Shown here: piece by piece, positions 1-9,141 of the stretch | How positions within the stretch are numbered: the stretch's first letter is position 1 | Layout: the number at the start of each line of letters is the position of its first letter | Assembly (NCBI RefSeq): GCF_000221045.1 | Contig: NC_015856.1 | Coordinates: 2,622,542-2,686,541 of the forward strand | Direction of reading: 5' to 3' | DNA length: 64,000 bases | From: Collimonas fungivorans Ter331 | GTDB taxonomy: Bacteria; Pseudomonadota; Gammaproteobacteria; Burkholderiales; Burkholderiaceae_D | Translations under genes and position numbers: made by a program | Notes under the pieces: generated by a model | Told to the model about the DNA's origin: nothing | The model's input: only the letters and a program-made list of their open reading frames with translations | Databases searched by the model: none

Positions 1-681
1 CTGCATCTTGCCCTGCGCCGTCAGCGACCGGATCTTGCCCTCGATCGTCAGTTTTTGCTGGATGGTGTTGGACAGGCTCATCAGCGTTTCCGACAAATTG
101 CCGCCCACCGATTTCGAAATCCGGAAGGTCATCACCAGCAGCTGGAAATCGACCAGGTCGATGCGCTTGCCGACTTCTTCGATCGCCGTTTCGAAATCGA
201 CGCCCACCTTCTGCAGCCGGATCACGTGCGCGAATTCGCTGGCCAGCGGCGAGTTGCTCTCCTTGGAATAGGATTGCAAGGCAATGCTCAGGGACACGCC
301 GGCCGTCAGGCTGGAAGCAATTACGGTGAGTGCCGTCGGCAGTTCATATTCGATGCTGTTGAGGCGCCGCTTGCGTTTGTAATTACTGATCCAAAGAGGC
401 GCCTTGAAGATAAAGTAACCGATCAATAGCACCAGGAAGATGTTACGCAGCACAAAATAAATCACCAGCACCAGCATCAGCGCCGCCGCAACCTGTGCGA
501 ACAGCACCATGTAGACGCGGCCGTCGCGCAGCCCGGTCCATTCCTTGATGTGGCCGATGTAGCGCACGTGCATGTCGAACAGCACCTTGAGGAAGTAACT
601 CTTCGAGTTCATCAGCGACCAGGCGATGAACAACACCAGTGCAAACAGGATCGCCGAAAACAGCAGTATCTGGTTACTCAT
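1..681 (-). CDS. tadB: Flp pilus assembly inner-membrane platform protein TadB/TadC family (GspF-like). C-terminal part lies outside the window; the N-terminus is at 681.
   Basis: Minus-strand translation from ATG at 681..679 gives MSNQILLFSAILFALVLFIAW...NYKRKRRLNSIEYELPTALTVIASSLTAGVSLSIALQ...ISKSVGGNLSETLMSLSNTIQ. This is T2SS-F/TadB-like topology and motifs. Its start overlaps the cpaF stop. No stop occurs before the window edge, which is why it is absent from the ORF track. Confidence 0.7.
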   Translation of the reverse strand, partial: MSNQILLFSAILFALVLFIAWSLMNSKSYFLKVLFDMHVRYIGHIKEWTGLRDGRVYMVLFAQVAAALMLVLVIYFVLRNIFLVLLIGYFIFKAPLWISNYKRKRRLNSIEYELPTALTVIASSLTAGVSLSIALQSYSKESNSPLASEFAHVIRLQKVGVDFETAIEEVGKRIDLVDFQLLVMTFRISKSVGGNLSETLMSLSNTIQQKLTIEGKIRSLTAQGKMQ

Positions 682-2524
682 TTTCCATCCTCTCCATAAA
701 TACCGGCTTCATGCCCGAATAGCGGAATTCGCCATAGGTCTTGCCGTTCTGGTCAATGCCTTCCCTGTGAAACTTGAAGATATCCTGCAGCTGGACGGTT
801 TCCGATTCGATGCCGACCACTTCGGTGATCGCCGTCACCTTGCGCGCGCCACAAGAGTAGCGGGTGAGCTGGATGATCAGGTGCACCGCCGACGAAATCT
901 GTTCGCGGATCGCCCGCACCGGCAGGTTCATGCCGGCCATCAGCACCAGCACCTCCATCCGCGCCAGCGCATCGCGCGGCGAGTTGGCGTGCAAGGTGGT
1001 CATCGAGCCGTCATGGCCGGTATTCATGGCTTGCAGCATGTCCAGCGCTTCGCCGCCGCGGCACTCGCCGACGATGATGCGGTCCGGCCGCATCCGCAGC
1101 GAATTGCGCACCAGGTCGCGGATCGCCACATGGCCCTTGCCTTCGACGTTGGGCGGGCGGCTTTCCAGCGACACCAGGTTCGGCTGCGACAGCTGCAGTT
1201 CGGCCGCATCCTCGATGGTGACGATCCGTTCGTCGTTCGGCACGAAGGCCGACATCATGTTGAGGAAGGTGGTTTTACCGGAACCGGTGCCGCCTGACAC
1301 CACGATGTTCAAGCGCTGCTCGACCGCGCTGCGCAGGATATCCAGCATGTCCTCGGTCATCGAACCATACTTGATCAAATCTTCGGCCACCATCTTGCGC
1401 CGCGAGAATTTCCGGATGGTCAGGGTCGGCCCGCGCAGCGACAGCGGTGAAATGATCGCATTCACCCGCGAACCGTCGCGCAAGCGGGCATCGACCATCG
1501 GCGAACTTTCATCGATGCGCCGGCCGAGCGGCGTGACAATCCGCTCGATCGCGCCCAGCACCGCCAGGTCGCTGGTGAAGGTAGCACTAGAGAGTTCCAG
1601 CCGACCGCCGCGTTCGACCCAGATTTCGTCGTGGCGGTTGACCATGATTTCGGTCACGCTTTCGTCAGCGATCATCGGCTCCAGCGGCCCCAGGCCGACC
1701 GCTTCGTCCAGCACTTCCTTGGTCAACAGCTCGGTGTCTATGTTGTCCGGCAGGGTGAAGGTGGTGCTCAGCAACTCCTTGATCAGGCTCTTGACGTTGG
1801 CCTTGAGATCGTGCTCCGACATCTTGTTGGCGTCGATGCGGCGCAGGTCGATTTCGTGCAGCACCGCTTCGTGCAAGGTCTTGCGCCAGCGCGAAAATTC
1901 AAAATCGATCACGCGCGCCGGGATATTGGCGACCTGCTTGCCGCCGGCGCCCGGGCGCGTCCCTGGCTGCTGCGGAGCTGGGGCTGGGGCCGCTGCGGCT
2001 GCAACCGGCGCTGCACGAGGCGGCGGTGGTGGCGGCGCCTGGACCGGCTCGGCAAATTGCTGGCGCGGCGCGGCGGCAGGACGCGGCTGGCTTGCCTGTT
2101 TCGGCGGGCGTTCCGCCACCAGCACCTCTTCGTAGTCTTGCTCGATGGCGCTGATCGCATGGTTGACGGCGTGGTTCTGCCGCTCGCGGCCGGCGCCGGT
2201 TTCATGTCTTTCCTGGTTGGTATGCAAGGTCAGGCTGTAGTTGCCGATCTTGATCACCGTATTGCTGCTCAGCGGACCGAGGCGGTTGATGCGCTCGCCG
2301 TCGACCCAGGTGCCGAAGATGCTGCCGCTGTCTTCAATGAAGACGCTGCCCTCGTTCAGCAGGAAAGTCGCGTGCAGCTTGCTGACATTCCAGCCTTTGA
2401 GGCGCAGGTCGCAGCTCTCCGCCTTGCCGAGAACGAAGCGATCCTTGTCGACGAAAACTTCATCGAGTATGTCATAATCGTCCGCGACCACCATCAACAC
2501 AAATCCACTTTGGCTCTCTGCCAT
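674..2524 (-). CDS. cpaF: Tad pilus ATPase CpaF/TadA (VirB11-like secretion ATPase) with an N-terminal FHA domain
   Basis: Walker A GGTGSGKTTFLNMMSAF and the T2SS-E core are present. The N-terminus reads GFVLMVV...FVLGKAESCDLRL...SKLHATFLLNEGSVFIEDSGSIFGTWVDGERI, a canonical FHA fold signature. The track start at 2551 is TTG; an in-frame ATG (MAESQSG) lies at 2524..2522. Confidence 0.85.
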   Translation of the reverse strand: MAESQSGFVLMVVADDYDILDEVFVDKDRFVLGKAESCDLRLKGWNVSKLHATFLLNEGSVFIEDSGSIFGTWVDGERINRLGPLSSNTVIKIGNYSLTLHTNQERHETGAGRERQNHAVNHAISAIEQDYEEVLVAERPPKQASQPRPAAAPRQQFAEPVQAPPPPPPRAAPVAAAAAPAPAPQQPGTRPGAGGKQVANIPARVIDFEFSRWRKTLHEAVLHEIDLRRIDANKMSEHDLKANVKSLIKELLSTTFTLPDNIDTELLTKEVLDEAVGLGPLEPMIADESVTEIMVNRHDEIWVERGGRLELSSATFTSDLAVLGAIERIVTPLGRRIDESSPMVDARLRDGSRVNAIISPLSLRGPTLTIRKFSRRKMVAEDLIKYGSMTEDMLDILRSAVEQRLNIVVSGGTGSGKTTFLNMMSAFVPNDERIVTIEDAAELQLSQPNLVSLESRPPNVEGKGHVAIRDLVRNSLRMRPDRIIVGECRGGEALDMLQAMNTGHDGSMTTLHANSPRDALARMEVLVLMAGMNLPVRAIREQISSAVHLIIQLTRYSCGARKVTAITEVVGIESETVQLQDIFKFHREGIDQNGKTYGEFRYSGMKPVFMERMENE

Positions 2525-2861
2525 GAAAATTATTCCCGCATATAAAAACAATCAGATCATCATCGCCAATGTCACCATCGGAGATACGTTTTTCGGCCGC
2601 GCCCGCGGCCTGATGTTCACCAGGACGCTGGCGCCTGACAGCGCCTACCTGCTCAAGGACTGCAACTCCGTCCATACTTTTTTCATGCATTTCACCATCG
2701 GCGTGGTGTATCTGTCGCAAGACTTCGTCATCACCAAGATTGTCCCGGTGCTGGCGCGCAGAAGTCTTTCCTCCGACCGCTCCGCACGCCATACCCTGGA
2801 ACTGCATCCAGCCACCCTTGCCGCGCTGTCCCTGCGCGTCGGCGACCAGCTGAGCTTCTAG
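2523..2861 (+). CDS. DUF192 (UPF0127/COG1430) family protein
   Basis: Motifs FFGRARGLMFTRTL, HTFFMHF and HTLELHPATLAALSLRVGDQLSF match the DUF192 consensus (R.rGLM.R, WM, yvLE..G). GC3-rich codon usage is typical for this genome. It lies antisense in the 350-bp gap between cpaC and cpaF. Its ATG (2523-2525) overlaps the divergent cpaF ATG (2524-2522). Confidence 0.65.
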   Translation: MKIIPAYKNNQIIIANVTIGDTFFGRARGLMFTRTLAPDSAYLLKDCNSVHTFFMHFTIGVVYLSQDFVITKIVPVLARRSLSSDRSARHTLELHPATLAALSLRVGDQLSF

Positions 2862-2876
2862 CCGGCCGCCGCCAAA

Positions 2877-4568
2877 TCAATGATTGCCGTATTCAGGCGG
2901 CATTGCCGGCTCAGGCCGCAGCGGTGCTGCCTGGAACGGCGACTTCACCGGAATTTCCTTCTGCAGGTTGCGCAGGGTCGGCAATTCTGCCTCCTCCGGC
3001 ATGCCCACCGCCTTGCGCGCCTGGTTGATGCGGCTGCTTATATTGCGTAAAGCGTTCGAGCTTTCTCCCGGCTCCCCTTCCTGCGTATGCGGAATCGCCA
3101 CCAGGTACACCTCGGTCTGGTTGCGGCTGGTGCCGGTGCTCTTGAACAGGTTGCCCAGCAGCGGCACATCGCCCAGCCCTGGCACTTTCTGGATATCGGT
3201 GCTGCCGTCCTGGCTGTACAAGCCGGACAAGATGATGGCGTCGCCGGTCTTTACGGAAAAATCGGTCTCGGTACGGCGCGTGGTGAAGCCTGGAATGCCG
3301 CCGACGCTGACGGTCGGATCGATCTTGCTGACCTCGGCCTTCAGGATCCCGGTGATGTTGCTGAACGCATCCAGCTTCGGTGCAATCTCGATCAGGATGC
3401 CGTAAGGCTTGAAGGTGACATTGGTGCCGTTCTGGCTGACCGTCGGGATCGGCACTTCGCCGCCGGCGACGAACCTGGCCTGGCCGCCGTTGCGGGTCGC
3501 AATGCTGGGCGAAGCCAGCACAAAGGCGTCGCCGCTGTCGACCGCCAGCTGGATCACAGAGGGAATCGCGATCGCGGCGTTGACGCTGGCGGCGACGCCG
3601 CGCAGTTTCTGGTCAGGCAGATCAAACTTGCCGCCAGTGCCTGTGTCTTGCGGCAAGGGCCGCAGGTTGACCGCGCCGCGCGAAGCTTCACCGAAGATGC
3701 CGATGTTGAAACCGTTGAAACTCTTGGCCCAGTTGACGCCGAGGTTTTCCAGGTAGCCCTTCTTGAATTCGACAAAATACAGGTCGAACACCAGCATCTG
3801 TGATTCCTGCTTGTAGGCTGGCACGGTGTCGATGTCGAGCTTGGTGCTGTTGATCAGGTTGGCGTACTGGTCGGTCAGCGCCGTGATCTTGGAAAGATCT
3901 TCACGCGAGCGGATATTGCCCTCTACGTAGAGGCGGTCGCCGCGGCGCACCACATCGATATCGGGCAGGCTCGACAGCGCAGCCTTGATGTCGCGCTGTT
4001 GCTTGATGACGTTGAGCGCGGTCACCCGCAGGCGGATTTCGCGCGAAAAATTCGGCTTGTTCCAGAGCAGGATGTTGGTCAGGCCGACTTCCTGCGCAAT
4101 GATCAGCAGCCGGGTCTTTTCGATTACGGCAGTCGAAGCAATCTTGCCGTTGCCGATAGCGATGCGGTTGACCGCACCGACCTCGATCACCCGCGCCTCG
4201 CCGGCGTACATGACCAGTTCGTCGTCGACTGCCTGCTGCGCCTTCGGTAAGCCGCCGTGGCCGGTCGAAGGTTTCAAGGCAGCGAGGTCGCCGGCATTAC
4301 GGATAGGAATCCCTTCCGGCGCATTCATCAGTTTTTTTTGTTCGATCGCATTGCCGTCCAGGTACTCGACGCCGCCGTCGCGGCTGCTGCGGACTTCATT
4401 TTGGACCTGTTTTTGGCTGGTTTTTTGTGTCTTGTTCTGGTTTTGCAAAGTCTCCGGCAAAGGTGTAGCTGCAAAGGCGCGGCTGCCAATCAGGGCGGAC
4501 AACAGCAGGCAGGAGCGGAAAGTTCTTGGATTAGTCATGTTATTGCGTGGCTTTTTGTTGGATATCAT
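2877..4568 (-). CDS. cpaC: Flp pilus secretin CpaC/RcpA
   Basis: Signal peptide MTNPRTFRSCLLLSALIGSRAFAA. The C-terminal secretin core reads FVAGGEVPIPTVSQNGTNVTFKPYGILIEIAPKL...VPGLGDVPLLGNLFKS. The ATGA overlap with the cpaB stop indicates translational coupling. Confidence 0.85.
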   Translation of the reverse strand: MISNKKPRNNMTNPRTFRSCLLLSALIGSRAFAATPLPETLQNQNKTQKTSQKQVQNEVRSSRDGGVEYLDGNAIEQKKLMNAPEGIPIRNAGDLAALKPSTGHGGLPKAQQAVDDELVMYAGEARVIEVGAVNRIAIGNGKIASTAVIEKTRLLIIAQEVGLTNILLWNKPNFSREIRLRVTALNVIKQQRDIKAALSSLPDIDVVRRGDRLYVEGNIRSREDLSKITALTDQYANLINSTKLDIDTVPAYKQESQMLVFDLYFVEFKKGYLENLGVNWAKSFNGFNIGIFGEASRGAVNLRPLPQDTGTGGKFDLPDQKLRGVAASVNAAIAIPSVIQLAVDSGDAFVLASPSIATRNGGQARFVAGGEVPIPTVSQNGTNVTFKPYGILIEIAPKLDAFSNITGILKAEVSKIDPTVSVGGIPGFTTRRTETDFSVKTGDAIILSGLYSQDGSTDIQKVPGLGDVPLLGNLFKSTGTSRNQTEVYLVAIPHTQEGEPGESSNALRNISSRINQARKAVGMPEEAELPTLRNLQKEIPVKSPFQAAPLRPEPAMPPEYGNH

Positions 4569-5548
4569 TGTGGGTTACCGGCTGCGCTGCCCAGAAGGCG
4601 CTTGAAGGCCTCAAGCTTCCTGGCCTGGTCCTCGCCGCCGTCGGCATATTCGCCGGTCTTGAAGCGGCCGCCGATGATGTAGTCGACCTGCGGCCCCGGC
4701 ATTTGCAGGCGGCGCTTGGCGTCCGGATCGATGACATCGGACAGGAACAGTCTTTTCTCGGCGTCGCCCTGGTCGTCGGGACTGCGCAGCACGGCCACGA
4801 TGCGGGCGCCGGTCTGCACCAGGATCACTTTCTGGGCATCCGCGGCCGGCACCGAAATCGTCACCGTGCTGTAAGTGGCGCGCCCGGCCTGGCCTTGGCG
4901 CTCGCCAAAACCGGCTTCACGTGCGCGGTCGGCCGCCAGTACCTCGCGCACCGTGGTCTGGCCGGTGGCGCGCACTTCGATATTTTTCAGCAATGGCGCC
5001 AGCACAGTGTCTTCCGGCTGCGGTCCAGCGCTGGGCGGCCCTTCCTGCGGCCGCTTCATCATATAGAACAAGTCGATGTGGTCGCCGGCGCGCAGCAGGC
5101 CGGAAAAGGAATTGATCTCGTCGACCGGAATCGTGATGGCGCGGCTGCCGGCGTCGATCGACTTGGAAAACGGCACCGATTCGTACAGCAGGAAATACGA
5201 TTCCAGCAAAGGCGTGCCCTTGCGCACTGGACGGATGATCTTCTTGCCGATATAGGCATCGATCTGGTCCGGCGAGATGACGTCGAAATTCATGTATTCC
5301 TTGGGCACCGTGCGCGAAGCCAGCTGCTCCATGGTCAGCACGTCGCCAGGGTTGAGGTCGATGCGCGGCACCGTCACCGTGGTGCGCACCTTGCTGGCTT
5401 CGTCGCTCAGGCTTTTTTCGATTTCACTGGAACGGGTTTTCAGGTAATTGTTGGCGAGGAAAACGGCGAACGCGGCAATCAGGACAATGATGACCAGCGG
5501 CAGCGCCTTCTTGATTTTTTGCAGGTTGATGAAACGTTTTATATTCAT
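4565..5548 (-). CDS. cpaB: Flp pilus assembly protein CpaB/RcpC (SAF-domain)
   Basis: N-terminal membrane anchor LPLVIIVLIAAFAVFLA followed by a SAF-like domain (PRIDLNPGDVLTMEQL, RAITIPVDE...GLLRAGDHIDL). Gene position is between the pilin module and the secretin. Confidence 0.8.
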   Translation of the reverse strand: MNIKRFINLQKIKKALPLVIIVLIAAFAVFLANNYLKTRSSEIEKSLSDEASKVRTTVTVPRIDLNPGDVLTMEQLASRTVPKEYMNFDVISPDQIDAYIGKKIIRPVRKGTPLLESYFLLYESVPFSKSIDAGSRAITIPVDEINSFSGLLRAGDHIDLFYMMKRPQEGPPSAGPQPEDTVLAPLLKNIEVRATGQTTVREVLAADRAREAGFGERQGQAGRATYSTVTISVPAADAQKVILVQTGARIVAVLRSPDDQGDAEKRLFLSDVIDPDAKRRLQMPGPQVDYIIGGRFKTGEYADGGEDQARKLEAFKRLLGSAAGNPQ

Positions 5549-5649
5549 GATGTGAGAGTAAAAGTAATCGTCGTTGCCAACTGGCGAGAGTCGCTGCTGG
5601 TCTTGAAAAATCGGGAGTATTGCGGCTCTGGCGGCACATGCGCAACAGC

Positions 5650-6948
5650 CTAGTGGGTTGCTTTGTCATAGCTTTCACCCCACCAGTGTTCTTTCACATC
5701 GTTCTTCTCGCCGGCAGCCCAGTCGCCCATGTCCATTGCGCCCAGGCAGAAACCGATCTGCGGCTCGGCCGGATCGAATTTCCCTTCCAGCCGGCTCAGG
5801 ATGCTGTTCCAGATCAGCCTGACCACATCGAAGGCCTGGTAGCCGCCGCTGCCGCCGATAGGCGGCGATTTGGTTCCCAACGGGTAGAAGGGATGCCAGT
5901 GCAAGGCGTTTTGCGCCCGGTAGCTGGCCGACGAGCTGAACGGATAGCGGCCGCGCTCCAGCGCCTTGGCCTGGAACGACGCCGCGATGCCGGAACTCTG
6001 GCTGCTGTTGCCAAACAGGCGGGTAATGCCGATGATGATGCTGTTGGCGATAGGCACCTTGAGCGGATAGCTCCACCAGATTTCGATCGACAGCACGGTA
6101 TTTTCCTGGATGCTCTTGTTGGTGATGTCGCCTTTCAGCTTGCTGTCGGAAAGATTTTCGCCGCCATCGGGAGCGACCGTGCCTAGCGGTGTGCGAAAGC
6201 GCATGTAGTCGGCCGGCAGCTTGAGGATGCCGTAATCGAGTCCCTGCAATTCGATCACGCCGGATTCGAGGAAGGCGGCCTGGGTCGGATTGTGGTACAG
6301 GATGCAGGAATTGAACATGGCGTCTTTGTAGGCTTCGACCTGGGCTTCGACTACCGCGCCCTTGCCGGTGTCATTACCCATGTACATCGGCGTGATGCCG
6401 TTGATGTAGCCCTGCAGGACCGAGCTGTCGCCATAGCGCATCAGGCCCTTGACGAAGGTCCACACGGCCGGGCCGATTTTCTGCTTGGCCTTGCCGAGGA
6501 AACCTGAGATCGGTCCGGCGCGGTTTGCCGCTTCGTCGGGGTCGCCGCTGGACGAGCCGGCGGCATTGTTGACCGGCACGCCGTTGCTGGCGGCTTCAGC
6601 CTGGCCGGAGCCGGCCAGCTCATTGCCGGGGGTGGTGACAGTCGACGTCACGTCACGCCCGGAGGAATCCTTGCTGTGCACGACCTTGCCGACCGCCGCA
6701 TAACCGAGATTGCCCAGCTGCGCCGTCAGCGGATCGGTGACAAAACGCGGCACCACGCGGCCGTTGCTCATGGCGCCTATGCGCGCCGCTTCCTGCACCG
6801 CAAAGTTATGCGCCAGCTTGGCCCGGTACATCAAGACCATTTGCAGGCACAGCAAGGCAAAGATCAGCACGATGGGGATCGCTACGACGAATTCGGCCAG
6901 GCTGGCGCCGCGCCCCAGTTTCAGATTTCTTCCGACTTTGATCAACAT
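5650..6948 (-). CDS. Large TadE-like pseudopilin-family protein (432 aa)
   Basis: The N-terminus GASLAEFVVAIPIVLIFALLCLQMVLMYRAKLAHNFAVQEAARIGA matches the TadE-like domain. The protein is ~2-3x longer than canonical TadE/TadF, with a Gly/Ser-rich linker. Confidence 0.65.
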   Translation of the reverse strand: MLIKVGRNLKLGRGASLAEFVVAIPIVLIFALLCLQMVLMYRAKLAHNFAVQEAARIGAMSNGRVVPRFVTDPLTAQLGNLGYAAVGKVVHSKDSSGRDVTSTVTTPGNELAGSGQAEAASNGVPVNNAAGSSSGDPDEAANRAGPISGFLGKAKQKIGPAVWTFVKGLMRYGDSSVLQGYINGITPMYMGNDTGKGAVVEAQVEAYKDAMFNSCILYHNPTQAAFLESGVIELQGLDYGILKLPADYMRFRTPLGTVAPDGGENLSDSKLKGDITNKSIQENTVLSIEIWWSYPLKVPIANSIIIGITRLFGNSSQSSGIAASFQAKALERGRYPFSSSASYRAQNALHWHPFYPLGTKSPPIGGSGGYQAFDVVRLIWNSILSRLEGKFDPAEPQIGFCLGAMDMGDWAAGEKNDVKEHWWGESYDKATH

Positions 6949-6971
6949 ATATTGCGCTCTCGGCTTGTTTG

Positions 6972-7178
6972 CTAAATTGGCGTGGCGCTGACACCTAAGC
7001 CGTTGATGTAACTGAAATTCAGATGACGTATCGCGTCCAGCAGCAGGCTAAGCAAAGACACGCCGTCCACCGACACAAACAGCACCAGCGCCACACACAC
7101 CAGCAGGATCGAATATTCAACCGCGACCTGCCCATGTTGGTGTCGATTCATCGCCGTTCCGGCACGCATCGCTTTCAT
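6972..7178 (-). CDS. flp: Flp/Fap-family type IVb prepilin (69 aa)
   Basis: MKAMRAGTAMNRHQHG|QVAVEYSILLVCVALVLFV fits the Flp G/XXXXEY processing motif plus a hydrophobic helix. A start at ATG 7178 has RBS AAGGA. The track ORF start at 7292 is probably upstream read-through. Confidence 0.7.
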   Translation of the reverse strand: MKAMRAGTAMNRHQHGQVAVEYSILLVCVALVLFVSVDGVSLLSLLLDAIRHLNFSYINGLGVSATPI

Positions 7179-7203
7179 TGCTTTTCCTTCATCAGCCGCG
7201 CCT

Positions 7204-7917
7204 TCATCGTGTAATCCAATTGACCACGACATAGGTCTGGCCGGCATTCCTGGTAAAGGTGTAGGTCGCCTCCTGCTGTTTGGGCGAGACATAGCGCATC
7301 ACCGTGCCGCTGTTGTCTTCCGCGGTTTTCTTGAAGCTCAGCTTCCAGGCTTCGGCGGCGCGGTCTTCCTGGTAAAACGCAATGTTCTGTTCCATGTCGA
7401 AATTGTTGGTCATGGTGGTCAGGATCGATTCGCCCGCCATGTCCACCGTGCGTACTTCGTTCAAGATCACCGTGCCCGAGGGCTTGCGCAGATGCTTGGC
7501 CAGCACCGGCGCCTTGGTGTCGATGTCCTGCTCCATGCGCGCCGGCAGGTCCGACATGCTGAGATAGCCTTGGGTCTGCTTGCGGTTGCTGCTGCTCAGG
7601 TTGGCCTGCTTCAGCCAGCCGTCCTTGACCGCCACGATCTGCACCTCATGCCCGGCTGCCTTGGTGGTGACTTTCCACCGGGCCTTGGCCCACGCCCCCG
7701 CCAATATCACCGCCGCTTCGCGCAGCGGCTGCGGTCCCTCGATTTCATAAATCAGCATCGGCAAGCCATTCACCTCGATTTCATCGGCCAGGCGGGTCTG
7801 CTGCCAATTGTCCGGTACACCGTCCAGCATCAAGCCTTCCACCGATTTCCATTTATCCGCCGCATAAACGCCGGTGCACAGGAACAGGCACCAGCCAACC
7901 GCCATCAACACTTTCAA
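7204..7917 (-). CDS. Secreted hypothetical protein (signal peptide), embedded in the pilin module
   Basis: TTG start with a strong RBS AAGGGGA. N-terminus MKVLMAVGWCLFLCTGVYA|ADKW. No recognisable domain. Confidence 0.5.
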   Translation of the reverse strand: MKVLMAVGWCLFLCTGVYAADKWKSVEGLMLDGVPDNWQQTRLADEIEVNGLPMLIYEIEGPQPLREAAVILAGAWAKARWKVTTKAAGHEVQIVAVKDGWLKQANLSSSNRKQTQGYLSMSDLPARMEQDIDTKAPVLAKHLRKPSGTVILNEVRTVDMAGESILTTMTNNFDMEQNIAFYQEDRAAEAWKLSFKKTAEDNSGTVMRYVSPKQQEATYTFTRNAGQTYVVVNWITR

Positions 7918-7941
7918 ATAAATCCCCTTCTACCTTGTCTA

Positions 7942-9117
7942 TTACGGCGCCGGAGAAAAGCGCCATGCCGGGTTGTCAAACATGGAGATGGTGCGCGCAC
8001 GCATGATGCCGGCCGGGCACAGCTCATCCTGGGTGTATTGGGTCAGCCGGATATCGCGTCCGGGTGCGGATGTGCATTTCACCGCCATATAGTCTGCTTC
8101 GGCCATGCTGCCGGCCAGGCTCAGGTTTTCCTTGTAGTCGTCGGTAGACTTGTATGCCTTGATAATGCCGCCGGGGCTTTTCAGGCTGTCGAAATCCAGC
8201 CCCATGCCTTGCGACACCAGGGACGACACCTGGGCCGGGTTGATGCCCGCCAGGTCGACCCGGAAATTGCCGCCGAAGCCGGAAGCGCCGCCGATCAGTC
8301 CCGGCAGGTTGAAATAATTACTGTTGAGTATCTTGCCGACCGGATTGCCAGTACTGCCGGAGCTGGCAGCGCCGTCGTAAAAAGGGCTGAGCTGCTCGGC
8401 GATGCGATGGTTTGCCACCGGCACCGGCGCCGACCAGGAATTGGTGACCATGGTCAGGCTGCCCAGGCTACGCGGACCGAGGCCGCCGGCGGGCATGCCG
8501 GTCTCGCCTTTAGCGATGCCGAAAGTCCTTTCCATGAAGGTCTTGATGAAATCGCTGAGGCCGATCGAGCCGTTGACCTGCACCCGCTCGTAGGGTTCGC
8601 GGTCGAGCGTCAGGTTGGTCAAGGTATTGCCGGTCGGATCGAATCCCATCGGTCCGCCTGGCGATTTGCTCGAATTGGTAGAAATATTCAAGGCGCCGTT
8701 GCTGATGGAGCCGAATGTGGCGCTATCGAATTTATCGGTAAAAAACCGCGCCGCGGTGCTCATCCAGTCGGCATGGTCCTGCAGCAGCGCGGTGCTGCCT
8801 TCGGCCTGGCTCTGGCGCGCGCCGCGCGGCGTCAGGTAGACGCTGCGGAACACCTTGGGCGCCAGGTCGGCATCGGCGCTATACAGCGATTTGTAATCGG
8901 CATCGCCGTTCGCCTTGTAGGCCGTGCGTTCCCATACCGCAAACCGCGCCGCTTCGGTATTGAGCTGCTTGAGCTCGCCGAAGCGCCACACCCATTGCAA
9001 GCCGAACAGGAACAGCATCAGCACGCTGCAAGCCAGGATCGACTCGAACAGGGCCTGGCCCCGCTGGCCCGGTCCGGACATGCGTGGCAAGGCGAAGGTT
9101 CTGGATGGGATAGGCAT
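7942..9117 (-). CDS. Large TadE-like pseudopilin-family protein (391 aa)
   Basis: The N-terminus GQALFESILACSVLMLFLFGLQWVWRFGELKQLNTEAARFAVWE matches the TadE-like domain. Confidence 0.6.
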   Translation of the reverse strand: MPIPSRTFALPRMSGPGQRGQALFESILACSVLMLFLFGLQWVWRFGELKQLNTEAARFAVWERTAYKANGDADYKSLYSADADLAPKVFRSVYLTPRGARQSQAEGSTALLQDHADWMSTAARFFTDKFDSATFGSISNGALNISTNSSKSPGGPMGFDPTGNTLTNLTLDREPYERVQVNGSIGLSDFIKTFMERTFGIAKGETGMPAGGLGPRSLGSLTMVTNSWSAPVPVANHRIAEQLSPFYDGAASSGSTGNPVGKILNSNYFNLPGLIGGASGFGGNFRVDLAGINPAQVSSLVSQGMGLDFDSLKSPGGIIKAYKSTDDYKENLSLAGSMAEADYMAVKCTSAPGRDIRLTQYTQDELCPAGIMRARTISMFDNPAWRFSPAP

Positions 9118-9141
9118 GGGGTCGCGGCTCAGTAATTGTGT

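Noticed and set aside
864-2135. 423-aa plus-strand ORF
   Set aside because: Antisense to cpaF, and Ser/Arg-rich junk. The cpaF frame has unmistakable FHA and Walker motifs.
2472-2807. 111-aa minus-strand ORF between cpaC and cpaF
   Set aside because: The opposite strand encodes a motif-supported DUF192 protein. This frame has no recognisable features.
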